Notes under the pieces: generated by a model | Seen by the model: only the letters and a program-made list of their open reading frames with translations | What the model was told of the DNA's origin: nothing | The model's database searches: none | Part shown: positions 7,812 through 16,200 of the stretch, one piece after another | How positions within the stretch are numbered: the first letter of the stretch is position 1 | Layout of the letters: the number at the start of each line of letters is the position of its first letter | Assembly (NCBI GenBank): GCA_035308445.1 | Contig: DATGGQ010000039.1 | Span: 16,875 to 80,874 of the forward strand | Origin: Candidatus Limnocylindrales bacterium | GTDB taxonomy: Bacteria; Chloroflexota; Limnocylindria; Limnocylindrales; CSP1-4 | Direction of reading: 5' to 3' | DNA: 64,000 bases | Made by a program: the position numbers and the translations under genes

Positions 7812-8056
7812 GTCGATCTCCAGAGAGCCGGGTCGAGCCGCAAGGCGAGGCTGGAAGCCCGGCGATCGACGAACCTTCGGCACCACCCGTGAGCGGCCGC
7901 TGAACCGGCCCGGGACCGCCCGTTAGCGCGGCACGAAAGCGCACGGCGCTTCGACGGCGCAGGCCGACGACGAGCCGTGAAGGCGGGTGGAACCGCGGGA
8001 AGTCGAGTCATCGGCCTCTCGTCCTGTCGAGGGCGAGGGGTCATTTCGATTCTCGG
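7812..8056 (+). promoter_or_regulatory. T-box riboswitch leader of thrS (candidate specifier ACC = Thr)
   Basis: T-box core AAGGCGGGTGGAACCGCG (7980-7997) matches the AANNNGGGTGGNACCGCG consensus. Stem I has an AGAGAG bulge (7822-7827) inside GTCGATC...GATCGAC (7812-7818 / 7864-7870). GAA...GGC-ACCACC-C sits at 7871-7888. A terminator-like hairpin CCTCTCG/CGAGGGG (8015-8040) is followed by TCATTTCGATTCT, then GGAGG and ATG 8061. Confidence 0.75.
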
Positions 8057-8060
8057 AGGC

Positions 8061-9920
8061 ATGAACGTGGTGGTCGAGGACAGACAGGGACAGGGCAGCG
8101 AGCCGGAGGAGGACGTCCTCCTGGCGCCCGAGCGCGGCTCGGTCGACGAGCTGCTCGACGCGGGCGCCCACGACGAGCTCGACGCGATGCGTCACTCGAC
8201 CGCCCACGTGATGGCCGAAGCGGTCCTCGACCTCTTCGAGGGCGCGAAGCTGGGCATCGGGCCGGCGATCGCCGACGGCTTCTACTACGACTTCGAGCTG
8301 CCGCGCGCGCTGACGCCCGAGGACCTGGCCGCGATCGAGGAGCGGATGCACGTCAGCGTCGCGGCCGACCATCCGTTCGTCCGGCGCGAGCTGGGGTTCG
8401 ACGACGCCCGCTCGGTGGAGGAGGGGCGGGATCAGTCGTTCAAGGTCGAGATCCTCGACGATCTCGCCGCCCGGGCGACAGCGGCCGGTGAGCCGCCGCC
8501 CGTCGTCTCGTTCTACGAGCACGGCCCGTTCAGCGACCTGTGCAAGGGCCCCCACGTGGCAAGCACGGGCCGGATCGGCCCGTTCAAGCTGCTGAGCGTC
8601 GCGGGTGCCTATTGGCGCGGCGACGAGAAGCGGCCGATGCTCCAGCGGATCTACGGAACCGTCTGGCCGAGCGACGATGAGCTCGCCCAGTTCCTGTGGC
8701 GGCGGGCCGAAGCTAAGAAGCGCGACCACCGCCGGCTCGGCGTCCAGCTCGACCTGTTCAGCTTCCATGACGTCGCGCCCGGCTCGGCGTTCTGGCATCC
8801 GAAGGGCCAGCGGATGTGGCGGACCCTGGAGTCGGCGATGCGCGAGGCCCAGGCTCGCCGCGGCTACGACGAGGTCAGCACGCCGATCCTCGTCCACAAG
8901 AAGCTCTGGGAGCAGTCCGGCCACTGGTCGAACTACGACGACAACATGTTCAAGCTCGATGTCGAGGGCCAGACGTTCAGCCTGAAGCCGATGAACTGCC
9001 CCGAGAGCACGTTCATCTACCGGGCGAGGATCCGCTCGTACCGCGACTTCCCGCTCCGCTACGCGGAGTACGGGCGCCTGCACCGCAACGAGCGGTCGGG
9101 GACGCTCTCCGGCCTGACGCGGGTCCGCCAGTTCATCCAGGACGATGCCCACATCTACCTCCGGCCGGACCAGGTCCAGGGCGAGATCGCCGAGCTCCTC
9201 GACTTCGTGAAGGAGGTCTACGGCTGGTTCGGGCTCGAGCCACGACTGACGTTCGCGACGAAGCCGGACAAGGCGATCGGCGACCCGGCCCTGTGGGCGA
9301 GCGCCGAGGCCCAGATGCAGGAGGCGCTGACGGCCTCCGGCATGGCCTACCGGGTCAAGCCCAGGGACGGCACGTTCTACGCGCCCAAGATCGACATCTA
9401 CATCGATGACGCTCTCGGCCGGGAGTGGCAGATGGCGACGATCCAGGTCGACCTGACGATGCTGCCCGAGCGATTCGACCTCACCTATGTCGACGAGCAC
9501 GGTGCCCAGGTCCGGCCGGTCGCCATCCATCGCGCGATCTACGGCTCGCTGGAGCGGTTCATCGGCATCCTCGTCGAGCACTTCGGCGGGGCGTTTCCGC
9601 TCTGGCTGGCGCCGGTCCAGGCCGTCGTGATCCCGATCGCGGATCGCCACGTCCCGGCGGCGCAGGAGCTCGCCGCGGTCCTCGGGGCGCAGGGGCTGCG
9701 GGTCGAGGTCGACGCGTCCGACAACCGGATGCAGAACAAGATCCGGCTGGCGCAGGAGCAGAAGGTCCCGTACATGCTGATCCTCGGCGATCGCGAGGCC
9801 GAGGCGCGGTCGGCGACGATCCGGCGGCGCGACGCAGCTCGGGACGCGGCGCAGGAGACGCTCGCCTGGCAGGCAATCGCCGAACGGCTCGCAAGCGAAG
9901 CCGCCGCTCGGGGTGCCTGA
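8061..9920 (+). CDS. thrS: Threonine--tRNA ligase
   Basis: ORF 7977..9920 trimmed to ATG 8061 (GGAGG 3 nt upstream). Contains the editing-domain HSTAH motif, class II core motifs (FRYRARIRSYRDFPLRYAEYGRLHRNE; QFIQDDAHIY) and a C-terminal anticodon-binding domain. Confidence 0.95.
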   Translation: MNVVVEDRQGQGSEPEEDVLLAPERGSVDELLDAGAHDELDAMRHSTAHVMAEAVLDLFEGAKLGIGPAIADGFYYDFELPRALTPEDLAAIEERMHVSVAADHPFVRRELGFDDARSVEEGRDQSFKVEILDDLAARATAAGEPPPVVSFYEHGPFSDLCKGPHVASTGRIGPFKLLSVAGAYWRGDEKRPMLQRIYGTVWPSDDELAQFLWRRAEAKKRDHRRLGVQLDLFSFHDVAPGSAFWHPKGQRMWRTLESAMREAQARRGYDEVSTPILVHKKLWEQSGHWSNYDDNMFKLDVEGQTFSLKPMNCPESTFIYRARIRSYRDFPLRYAEYGRLHRNERSGTLSGLTRVRQFIQDDAHIYLRPDQVQGEIAELLDFVKEVYGWFGLEPRLTFATKPDKAIGDPALWASAEAQMQEALTASGMAYRVKPRDGTFYAPKIDIYIDDALGREWQMATIQVDLTMLPERFDLTYVDEHGAQVRPVAIHRAIYGSLERFIGILVEHFGGAFPLWLAPVQAVVIPIADRHVPAAQELAAVLGAQGLRVEVDASDNRMQNKIRLAQEQKVPYMLILGDREAEARSATIRRRDAARDAAQETLAWQAIAERLASEAAARGA

Positions 9921-9941
9921 GGCTCCGGCGAAGGACCCTGT

Positions 9942-9950
9942 GCTATAGTC
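9942..9950 (+). promoter_or_regulatory. Extended -10-like TGcTATAGT upstream of infC
   Basis: gTGcTATAGTcc begins 22 nt after the thrS stop and about 80 nt before the infC start. Confidence 0.35.
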
Positions 9951-10029
9951 CCGCGGCGGCCGGGACGGCTGCGGCTTTTGCCGTTGCCGCGACGGGCGCC
10001 CAAGCAGCACCGTTCGAGAGGGCAGCGCC

Positions 10030-10659
10030 ATCAGTCGAGACCTGCGAGTCAACCAGATGATCCGGATCCCACAGGTCCGGGTGATCGACGAAGAGGGGAA
10101 CCAGCTGGGCGTCATGCCCACGCCGCGGGCCCTCGAGATGGCGCAGGAACGAGGCCTCGACCTCGTCGAGGTGGCCCCGATGGCGGCCCCGCCGGTGACC
10201 CGTTTCCTCGACTTCGGTCAGTACAAGTACGAGCTGACGAAGAAGGAAAAGGAGAACAAGCGGCGGCAACGCTCGGTGACGTTCAAGGAGGTCCGCCTCT
10301 CGCCGAAGATCGGTGTCGGGGACTTCACGACGAAGCTGAACCGGGCGATCGAGTTCCTCGAGGAGGGTGATCGGATCAAGGTGACGGTCCGCTTCCGGGG
10401 CCGGGAGCTGACCCATCCGGAGCTGGGACGGGCACTGCTGCTGCGGTTCACGGAGGCGGTGAAGGACCACGGCGTCATGGAACGGCCCCCGCTCCTCGAG
10501 GGCAAGTCCATGTTCACGACCCTCGCCTCGACGCACAAGCCGAAGACGGATCACGCACCGGGCCCGGGCGGTCAGCCGGCGCACGCCGATGAAGCGCCGA
10601 GTCCGGTGCCCGCGCCACAGGAACGGCCCGCGGGAGAAGCCGCGGCCACCGGAGGTTGA
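10030..10659 (+). CDS. infC: Translation initiation factor IF-3, with probable ATC start
   Basis: The ORF track starts at ATG 10057 (MIRIPQVRVIDEEG). The in-frame upstream ATC-AGT-CGA-GAC-CTG-CGA-GTC-AAC-CAG gives ISRDLRVNQMIRIPQVRVID, matching the conserved IF-3 N-terminus (B. subtilis MISKDQLVNEGIRAREVRLIG). GAGAGGG lies 7 nt upstream. There is a Pro-rich C-terminal tail. Confidence 0.9.
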   Translation: MSRDLRVNQMIRIPQVRVIDEEGNQLGVMPTPRALEMAQERGLDLVEVAPMAAPPVTRFLDFGQYKYELTKKEKENKRRQRSVTFKEVRLSPKIGVGDFTTKLNRAIEFLEEGDRIKVTVRFRGRELTHPELGRALLLRFTEAVKDHGVMERPPLLEGKSMFTTLASTHKPKTDHAPGPGGQPAHADEAPSPVPAPQERPAGEAAATGG

Positions 10660-10666
10660 GCCCGCA

Positions 10667-10864
10667 ATGCCGAAGATGAAGAGCCACCAGGCGGCCAAGA
10701 AGCGCATCGCCGCGACGGGCTCGGGCAAGATCGTCCGCGTCAACGCCTGGAAGGGCCATCACCTCGAGATCAAGTCGTCCCGCCGCGTCCGCCGCTACGC
10801 CGGCAAGACCGTCCTCGGCGGGCTCCACCTCAAGCAGGTCCGACGCCTGCTGCCGTACCTGTAG
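10667..10864 (+). CDS. rpmI: 50S ribosomal protein L35
   Basis: ORF 10589..10864 trimmed to ATG 10667 (MPKMKSHQAAKKRI...). GGAGG lies 11 nt upstream. Confidence 0.9.
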   Translation: MPKMKSHQAAKKRIAATGSGKIVRVNAWKGHHLEIKSSRRVRRYAGKTVLGGLHLKQVRRLLPYL

Positions 10865-10876
10865 GAGCGACCGCAC

Positions 10877-11227
10877 ATGGCACGGGTCAAGCGGGGCGTC
10901 ACCGCCCACCGGCGGCACAAGCGCCTCCTCGACGCAGCCGAGGGCCGCAAGGGCACGAAGTCCCGGCTGATCAAGCCGGCCCGCGAGGCGCTCCTCCACG
11001 CGATGGCCTACGCCACGCGGGACCGGAAGCAGCGCAAACGCCAGCTCCGCGGCCTCTGGATCGTCCGGATCAACGCCGCGGCTCGCGGCCGCGGCCTCAG
11101 CTACGGCAAGTTCATCCAGGGCCTGAAGGCCGCCGGCGTCGAGCTCGACCGCAAGATCCTCGCCGACCTCGCCGTCCGGGACGAGGGCACATTCACCCAG
11201 ATCGTGGAGGTTGCGAAGGGCGGCTGA
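10877..11227 (+). CDS. rplT: 50S ribosomal protein L20
   Basis: ORF 10877..11227 ([18 protein letters not shown]...). AGGAG lies upstream. Confidence 0.95.
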   Translation: MARVKRGVTAHRRHKRLLDAAEGRKGTKSRLIKPAREALLHAMAYATRDRKQRKRQLRGLWIVRINAAARGRGLSYGKFIQGLKAAGVELDRKILADLAVRDEGTFTQIVEVAKGG

Positions 11228-11251
11228 GCGAAGCGCCCGGAGCGATCTCCA

Positions 11252-11295
11252 GAGCCCTCGACGTCGACGCGACGGTCGGGGGCTCGGTCGTTTCA
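11252..11295 (+). terminator. Hairpin plus short T-run after rplT (terminator/attenuator candidate)
   Basis: GAGCCCTCGAC (11252-11262) pairs with GTCGGGGGCTC (11275-11285), 11 bp including one G-U. It is followed by GGTCGTTTC. Confidence 0.45.
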
Positions 11296-11329
11296 GGGCC
11301 CACCTCGCGCCGTACCATCGCCACGACCC

Positions 11330-12370
11330 ATGGACCTCGCCCAGATCCAGCACGACCTCGACGCGCTCGGCGCCGAGACCCGGGCCGCGGTCGACACTGC
11401 GACCGACGTCGCGGCATTGGACGCCCTCGAGCTCGACGTGCTCGGCAAGAAGGGCCGGCTGACCGCGATCCTGCGCGGGATCGGCGCCCTGCCGGTTGAG
11501 GACCGGCCGAAGGTCGGGGCGATCGCCAACGAGGTCCGCCGTTCGATCGAGGGCTCGATCGCGGACCGTCGAGCAGAGCTGTCCGATCGGGAGCTCGATG
11601 CGCGGCTGGCCGCCGAGCGGGTCGACGTCACGACCCCCGGGCGGTCGATCCGTCGAGGCGCGCTCCATCCGATCCCCGAGACGATCAACGCCATCGCCGA
11701 GGTCTTCGGCCGGTTCGGGTTCGTCGTCGTCGAGAGCCCCGAGGTCGAGGACGACGTCCGCAACTTCCAGATGCTCAACATCCCGCCGGACCATCCGGCC
11801 CGGGATCTCTGGGACACGCTCTACGTCGACATCCCCGGTGGCCTCCTGCGAACCCATACCTCGCCCGGCCAGGTTCGGGTGATGACGACGCAGGCGCCGC
11901 CGATCCGGGTCCTGTCGCCGGGCCGCTGCTACCGCTACGAGAACGTTGCCGCCGATCGGAACTTCGAGTTCTTCCAGGTCGAGGGGTTGATGGTCGACGA
12001 GGGCACGACGCTCGCCGACCTGCGCGGCCTCCTCGACGAGTTCGCCCACGCGATGTTCGGCGCGGGCAAGAAGACCCGCTTCCGGCCCGGGTACTACCCG
12101 TTCACCGAGCCGTCGGTGGCGTTCGACGTGGAGTGCCTCGTCTGCGGCGGAGTCGGATGCCCGGCCTGCAAGCGGACGGGCTGGATGACGATCCTCGGCG
12201 CGGGAATGGTCCATCCCGCGGTCCTGCGCAACTCCGGCATCGACCCGGAGCGCTACCAGGGCTTCGCCTTCGGGATGGGCGTCGAGCGGATCGCCAACCT
12301 GCGGCACGGCGTCCCGGACCTGCGCCTCTACCTCGAGGACGACCTGCGGTTCCTGGAGCAGTTCCGATGA
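11330..12370 (+). CDS. pheS: Phenylalanine--tRNA ligase alpha subunit
   Basis: ORF 11330..12370 with class II motifs (RTHTSPGQVR; GRCYRYE; GFAFGMGVERI). Confidence 0.95.
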   Translation: MDLAQIQHDLDALGAETRAAVDTATDVAALDALELDVLGKKGRLTAILRGIGALPVEDRPKVGAIANEVRRSIEGSIADRRAELSDRELDARLAAERVDVTTPGRSIRRGALHPIPETINAIAEVFGRFGFVVVESPEVEDDVRNFQMLNIPPDHPARDLWDTLYVDIPGGLLRTHTSPGQVRVMTTQAPPIRVLSPGRCYRYENVAADRNFEFFQVEGLMVDEGTTLADLRGLLDEFAHAMFGAGKKTRFRPGYYPFTEPSVAFDVECLVCGGVGCPACKRTGWMTILGAGMVHPAVLRNSGIDPERYQGFAFGMGVERIANLRHGVPDLRLYLEDDLRFLEQFR

Positions 12371-12383
12371 GCGAGGTGCGGCC

Positions 12384-14882
12384 GTGAAGGTGCCGCTGTC
12401 CTGGCTCCGGGAGTACGTCGACGTCGACCTCGAGCCGGAGGCCCTCGCGGCCCGCCTGACGCTGCTCGGGATGGAGGTCCAGGGCATCGAGCGTCGGGGG
12501 AGCGAGTGGCGGGACGTCGTCGTCGGCGAGCTGCTGACCGTCGAGAAGCATCCGCGGGCGGATCGGCTGTCGCTGACGACCGTCCGGACCGGCGACGGGC
12601 CGGCCCTCGAGATCGTCTGCGGCGCGACGAACATCGCTCCCGGCCAGCGGGTGCCGGTTGCCCTCCCTGGTGCGGTCCTGCCGGGCGATCGCCGGATCGA
12701 GCGGACCGAGAAGATGGGCGTCGTCTCGAACGGGATGCTCTGCTCGGGTGACGAGCTCGGGCTGACCGGCGACGCCGACGGGATCCTGATCCTGTCCCCG
12801 ACAACGCCGGTCGGGGTGTCGCTCGCGGATCTGTACGGCGACGTCGTCCTCGACGTCGACGTCAAGCCGAACCGCGGCGACGCGCTGTCGATCATCGGCA
12901 TCGCCCGCGAGGTCTCGGCCGTGACCGGTGCGCCGGTCCGCTGGCCGGCAACGGACGTCGAGGAGGGTGGAGGAGCGGTCGCGGACCACCTGGCCGTGGA
13001 CGTCGCGGACACGAGGCTGTGCCCCCGATTCGTGGGCCGCTGGGCTTCGGGAGTGACCATCCGGCCGTCGCCGGACTGGGTCCAGATGCGCCTCCTGGCG
13101 GCCGGCATGCGGCCGGTCAGCAACGTCGTGGATGCGTCGAACTACGTGATGCTCGAGCTCGGCAAGCCGATCCACACGTTCGACGCAGCGGCCGTCAGCG
13201 GCGGTCGGATCGTCGTCCGGCCGGCGAGGGCGGGCGAGCGCCTCGAGACGCTCGACCACGTCGTCCGGGAGCTGGATCCATCGACCCTGGTCATCGCCGA
13301 CCCGTCTGGCCCGATCGGCATCGCCGGCGTCATGGGCGGCGCCGGCTCGGAGATCGGCGAGACGTCGAGGAACGTCGTCATCGAGTCGGCTATCTTCGAC
13401 CCGGTCTCGATCCGCCGGACCGCGTTCCGCTACGCGTTGCGGTCCGAGGCGAGCCTTCGCTTCGAGAAGGGCCAGGAGCTCCGCCTCGCGAGGATCGGTG
13501 CCGACCGGACGGCCCGGCTCGTCCACGAGTGGGCCGGCGGGGAGGTCGCCCGCGGGCGGGTGGACACCAACCCGATGGAGCCGGAGGAGCGCACGGTCGC
13601 ATTCCGGCCGGGTCGCGTGGATCGGCTGCTCGGCACGTCGCTCGGGCCCGGCGAGCAGCACGCCCTGCTGGCGCGCGTCGGCATCACGACCGCCGCGCCC
13701 GGCGGCCCGGTGACCGTGCCCGTCGCCGGTGGAGCGGCGCCCACGACCGTGACCGCGCCCGCGAGCGAGGCCCTCGTGGCCACGATCCCGACGTGGCGCC
13801 GGGACCTCGAGATCGAGGCGGACATCGCCGAGGAGGTCGCCCGCGTCCGGGGCTACGAGCTCACGGCCCCGACGCTCCCGGCCACGGTCCCGCCCGGCTG
13901 GCAACCGTCGCCGCTCGGGCTGCGGGATCGACTCCGGGGCACGCTCGTCGGCGCCGGCCTCACCGAGGCCGTGACGTATGCGCTGGTCTCACGCCGTGAC
14001 CTCGAGGCTTTCGGCTGGACGGTCGCGGACCGGCCGGCCGCGGGCGAGGCCGCCCGGCGCGGCGCCCCGATCGGGGTCATGAACCCGCTCTCGCTCGACC
14101 ATGCCGTCCTGCGCCAGTCGCTCGTCGGCAGCCTGACCGGCGTCGTCTCGACGAACACCCGGCGCGGCAACGCCGACGTGGCGGTGTTCGAAATCGGCAA
14201 GGGCTACGGCCGGCTCGACGACGGCGGAACCGAGTGGTGGCGGCTCGGAATCGCCCTGACCGGCGAGCTCGAGCCGGCGAGCTGGAACCGGGCCGGGCGC
14301 GCGGTCGACGTCGACGACGCGAAGGGCCTGGTCGAGCTGCTCGCCTCCGAGCTGGGGGCCGGTCCCGCGACGTACGAACCGCTCCGCGACGAGCCGATCC
14401 TCCATCCCGGCCGCTCGGCCACGGTCCTGGCGACCTTCGCGGACGGATCCGCGGCCGTCACCGGCGTGGTGGGCGAGCTGCATCCGCGGCTGCTCGCCGC
14501 GCTGGACCTCCGGTTCGAGCGGCTCGTCGTGGCCGAGCTGTCGATCGCCGGCCTCGGCGGCGGCAGCCCGCGGGTGCCGCGGGTCGAGGCGCCACCGCGG
14601 TTCCCGGCCGTCGAGCGCGATCTGGCGGCCGTCGTTCCCGACGCGGTGGCCGCAGGCGCGGTGGAAGCCGTGATCCGCGAGGCCGGTGGTGCGCTCCTGA
14701 CCGACGCTCGCCTGTTCGACGTGTATCGCGGCAAGTCGCTCGACGCCGACGCGCGGAGCCTCGCCTATCGACTCCGGTTCGGGGCATCCGACCGGACCCT
14801 CACCGAGCCGGAGGTCGACGCTGCGGTGGCCGCGATCGTCGTGGCGCTGGGCGACCGGCTGGGAGCTCGCATCCGCGGCTGA
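12384..14882 (+). CDS. pheT: Phenylalanine--tRNA ligase beta subunit
   Basis: ORF 12384..14882 (GTG; MKVPLSWLREYVD). Has the tRNA-binding, B3/4, B5 and FDX-ACB domain order. Confidence 0.95.
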   Translation: MKVPLSWLREYVDVDLEPEALAARLTLLGMEVQGIERRGSEWRDVVVGELLTVEKHPRADRLSLTTVRTGDGPALEIVCGATNIAPGQRVPVALPGAVLPGDRRIERTEKMGVVSNGMLCSGDELGLTGDADGILILSPTTPVGVSLADLYGDVVLDVDVKPNRGDALSIIGIAREVSAVTGAPVRWPATDVEEGGGAVADHLAVDVADTRLCPRFVGRWASGVTIRPSPDWVQMRLLAAGMRPVSNVVDASNYVMLELGKPIHTFDAAAVSGGRIVVRPARAGERLETLDHVVRELDPSTLVIADPSGPIGIAGVMGGAGSEIGETSRNVVIESAIFDPVSIRRTAFRYALRSEASLRFEKGQELRLARIGADRTARLVHEWAGGEVARGRVDTNPMEPEERTVAFRPGRVDRLLGTSLGPGEQHALLARVGITTAAPGGPVTVPVAGGAAPTTVTAPASEALVATIPTWRRDLEIEADIAEEVARVRGYELTAPTLPATVPPGWQPSPLGLRDRLRGTLVGAGLTEAVTYALVSRRDLEAFGWTVADRPAAGEAARRGAPIGVMNPLSLDHAVLRQSLVGSLTGVVSTNTRRGNADVAVFEIGKGYGRLDDGGTEWWRLGIALTGELEPASWNRAGRAVDVDDAKGLVELLASELGAGPATYEPLRDEPILHPGRSATVLATFADGSAAVTGVVGELHPRLLAALDLRFERLVVAELSIAGLGGGSPRVPRVEAPPRFPAVERDLAAVVPDAVAAGAVEAVIREAGGALLTDARLFDVYRGKSLDADARSLAYRLRFGASDRTLTEPEVDAAVAAIVVALGDRLGARIRG

Positions 14883-14956
14883 CGTGACTTCCGGCGCCTT
14901 GCGACCGGCCGAATCGCGCTGGTACGCTCCCGCCACCTTCTAGGGAGGCTGGCCCG

Positions 14957-15529
14957 GTGGGTTCGATGACCCTGTTCGACCTGGTGATGTTCCTTGCCCT
15001 CTTCGGCATGTTCATCATCGGCTACTTCCAGGGCATCACCCGGCGCCTCCTCGGCCTCGTCGCGGTCCTCTTCTCGTTCATCATCGGGGCGCAGCTGCGG
15101 ACGCCGCTCGGCGGCTACCTGGCCGGCCAGTGGACCGGCATCTCCCCGGACTACAGCTACATGGTCGGGTTTCTGGCCGTGTTCCTCGCGGCCTGGATCG
15201 CCCTGACGGTGGGCATCCAGATCTCGTTCCGGCCGGCGCCGCTCCTGTACCGCTATCCGGTCCTCGACGAGGTGCTCGGCGGGGTGATCGGGGTCCTCGA
15301 GGGGATCGTCGTCCTCATGGTCTTCCTCGTGATCACCGATCCCTATCTCTCCGGGATCGCGCCCGGCAGCGGGGCGACCGGCGAGTTCGGCCTCATCCGC
15401 TCGCTCCACGACTTCATCGACGACTCGATCTCGGCGTCGATCCTTCGGGAGAACGTCATCCCGGGCGTCCTGAACGTCCTGTCGTTCCTCTTCCCGCAGT
15501 CCGTCGTCGACTACTTCAACCACCACTGA
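14957..15529 (+). CDS. cvpA: CvpA-family membrane protein
   Basis: ORF 14957..15529 with AGGGAGG 8 nt upstream. It is a 4-TM protein with the CvpA-like N-terminus FDLVMFLALFGMFIIGYFQGITRRLLGL. Its position after pheT matches B. subtilis yshB. Confidence 0.75.
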   Translation: MGSMTLFDLVMFLALFGMFIIGYFQGITRRLLGLVAVLFSFIIGAQLRTPLGGYLAGQWTGISPDYSYMVGFLAVFLAAWIALTVGIQISFRPAPLLYRYPVLDEVLGGVIGVLEGIVVLMVFLVITDPYLSGIAPGSGATGEFGLIRSLHDFIDDSISASILRENVIPGVLNVLSFLFPQSVVDYFNHH

Positions 15530-15551
15530 GGCGGGCACGCTCGACCGGCGG

Positions 15552-16187
15552 CTGCTGGCCGCCCCGACCCTCGCCGCGGCGCGCTCGCTGCTGGGGTCCC
15601 GGCTCGTCCGCGGCGACCGAGTGGGCCGCATCGTCGAGGTCGAGGCGTACGTCGGGACCGAGGACCAGGCCTCCCATGCGCGCTTCGGGCGGACCGCCCG
15701 GAACGCCGTCATGTTCGGGCCTCCGGGAGTGGCCTACGTGTACCTTGTCTACGGGATGTACGACTGCCTGAACGTCGTCACCGAGCCCGACGGCCGGCCG
15801 GCGGCGGTGCTGATCCGTGCCGTGGAGCCACTCGAGGGCCAGGGCGCCATCCGGCAGGCCCGCATCGACTGGGCGCGGCGCCGGGCGGCCGCGGCCGATC
15901 GCGAGGCGGCCGCCACCGTGGCTCGCATCGAGCCCATCCCGACCGATCGGCTGTGTCGCGGTCCGGGCCTCGTGGCGGCCGGGTTCAGCCTGACCCGGCA
16001 GGACACGGGCATGGACCTGCTCGACCCGGCGTCGCCGGTGCGGATCGAGGCGCCGGCCGCTGGCGACCGGGCGCCGGTGGTTCGAGCCACTCCGCGCATC
16101 GGGATCCTTTATGCCGCGGAGCCGTGGCGGTCCCTGCCGTGGCGTCTGATCGACGCGTCGAGCGGAGCGGTGTCGGGGCCGCGCTGA
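15552..16187 (+). CDS. mpg: DNA-3-methyladenine glycosylase (Mpg/AAG family); start codon unresolved
   Basis: The ORF track starts at GTG 15621 (GRIVEVEAYVG). The in-frame upstream LDRRLLAAPTLAAARSLLGSRLVRGDR is the conserved Mpg N-terminus, yet 15528-15620 contains no ATG/GTG/TTG. CTG 15552 is used as a placeholder. Confidence 0.85.
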   Translation: MLAAPTLAAARSLLGSRLVRGDRVGRIVEVEAYVGTEDQASHARFGRTARNAVMFGPPGVAYVYLVYGMYDCLNVVTEPDGRPAAVLIRAVEPLEGQGAIRQARIDWARRRAAAADREAAATVARIEPIPTDRLCRGPGLVAAGFSLTRQDTGMDLLDPASPVRIEAPAAGDRAPVVRATPRIGILYAAEPWRSLPWRLIDASSGAVSGPR

Positions 16188-16200
16188 CGCGGCCGAGACG

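Noticed and set aside
7131-7944. ORFs 7131..7886 (-), 7472..7903 (+) and 7570..7944 (-) in the tRNA-Val/thrS intergenic region
   Set aside because: They have no family resemblance and an Arg/Pro-rich composition. They overlap the T-box leader and the repeat structures. The region is better explained by regulatory RNA and DNA plus one small SD-led ORF.
7923-13123. Very long minus-strand ORFs 7923..10121 (732 aa) and 10514..13123 (869 aa)
   Set aside because: They are antisense to thrS, infC, rplT, pheS and pheT, which have unambiguous homology. The products are Arg/Pro/Gly/Asp-rich low-complexity sequences typical of open antisense frames in high-GC DNA.
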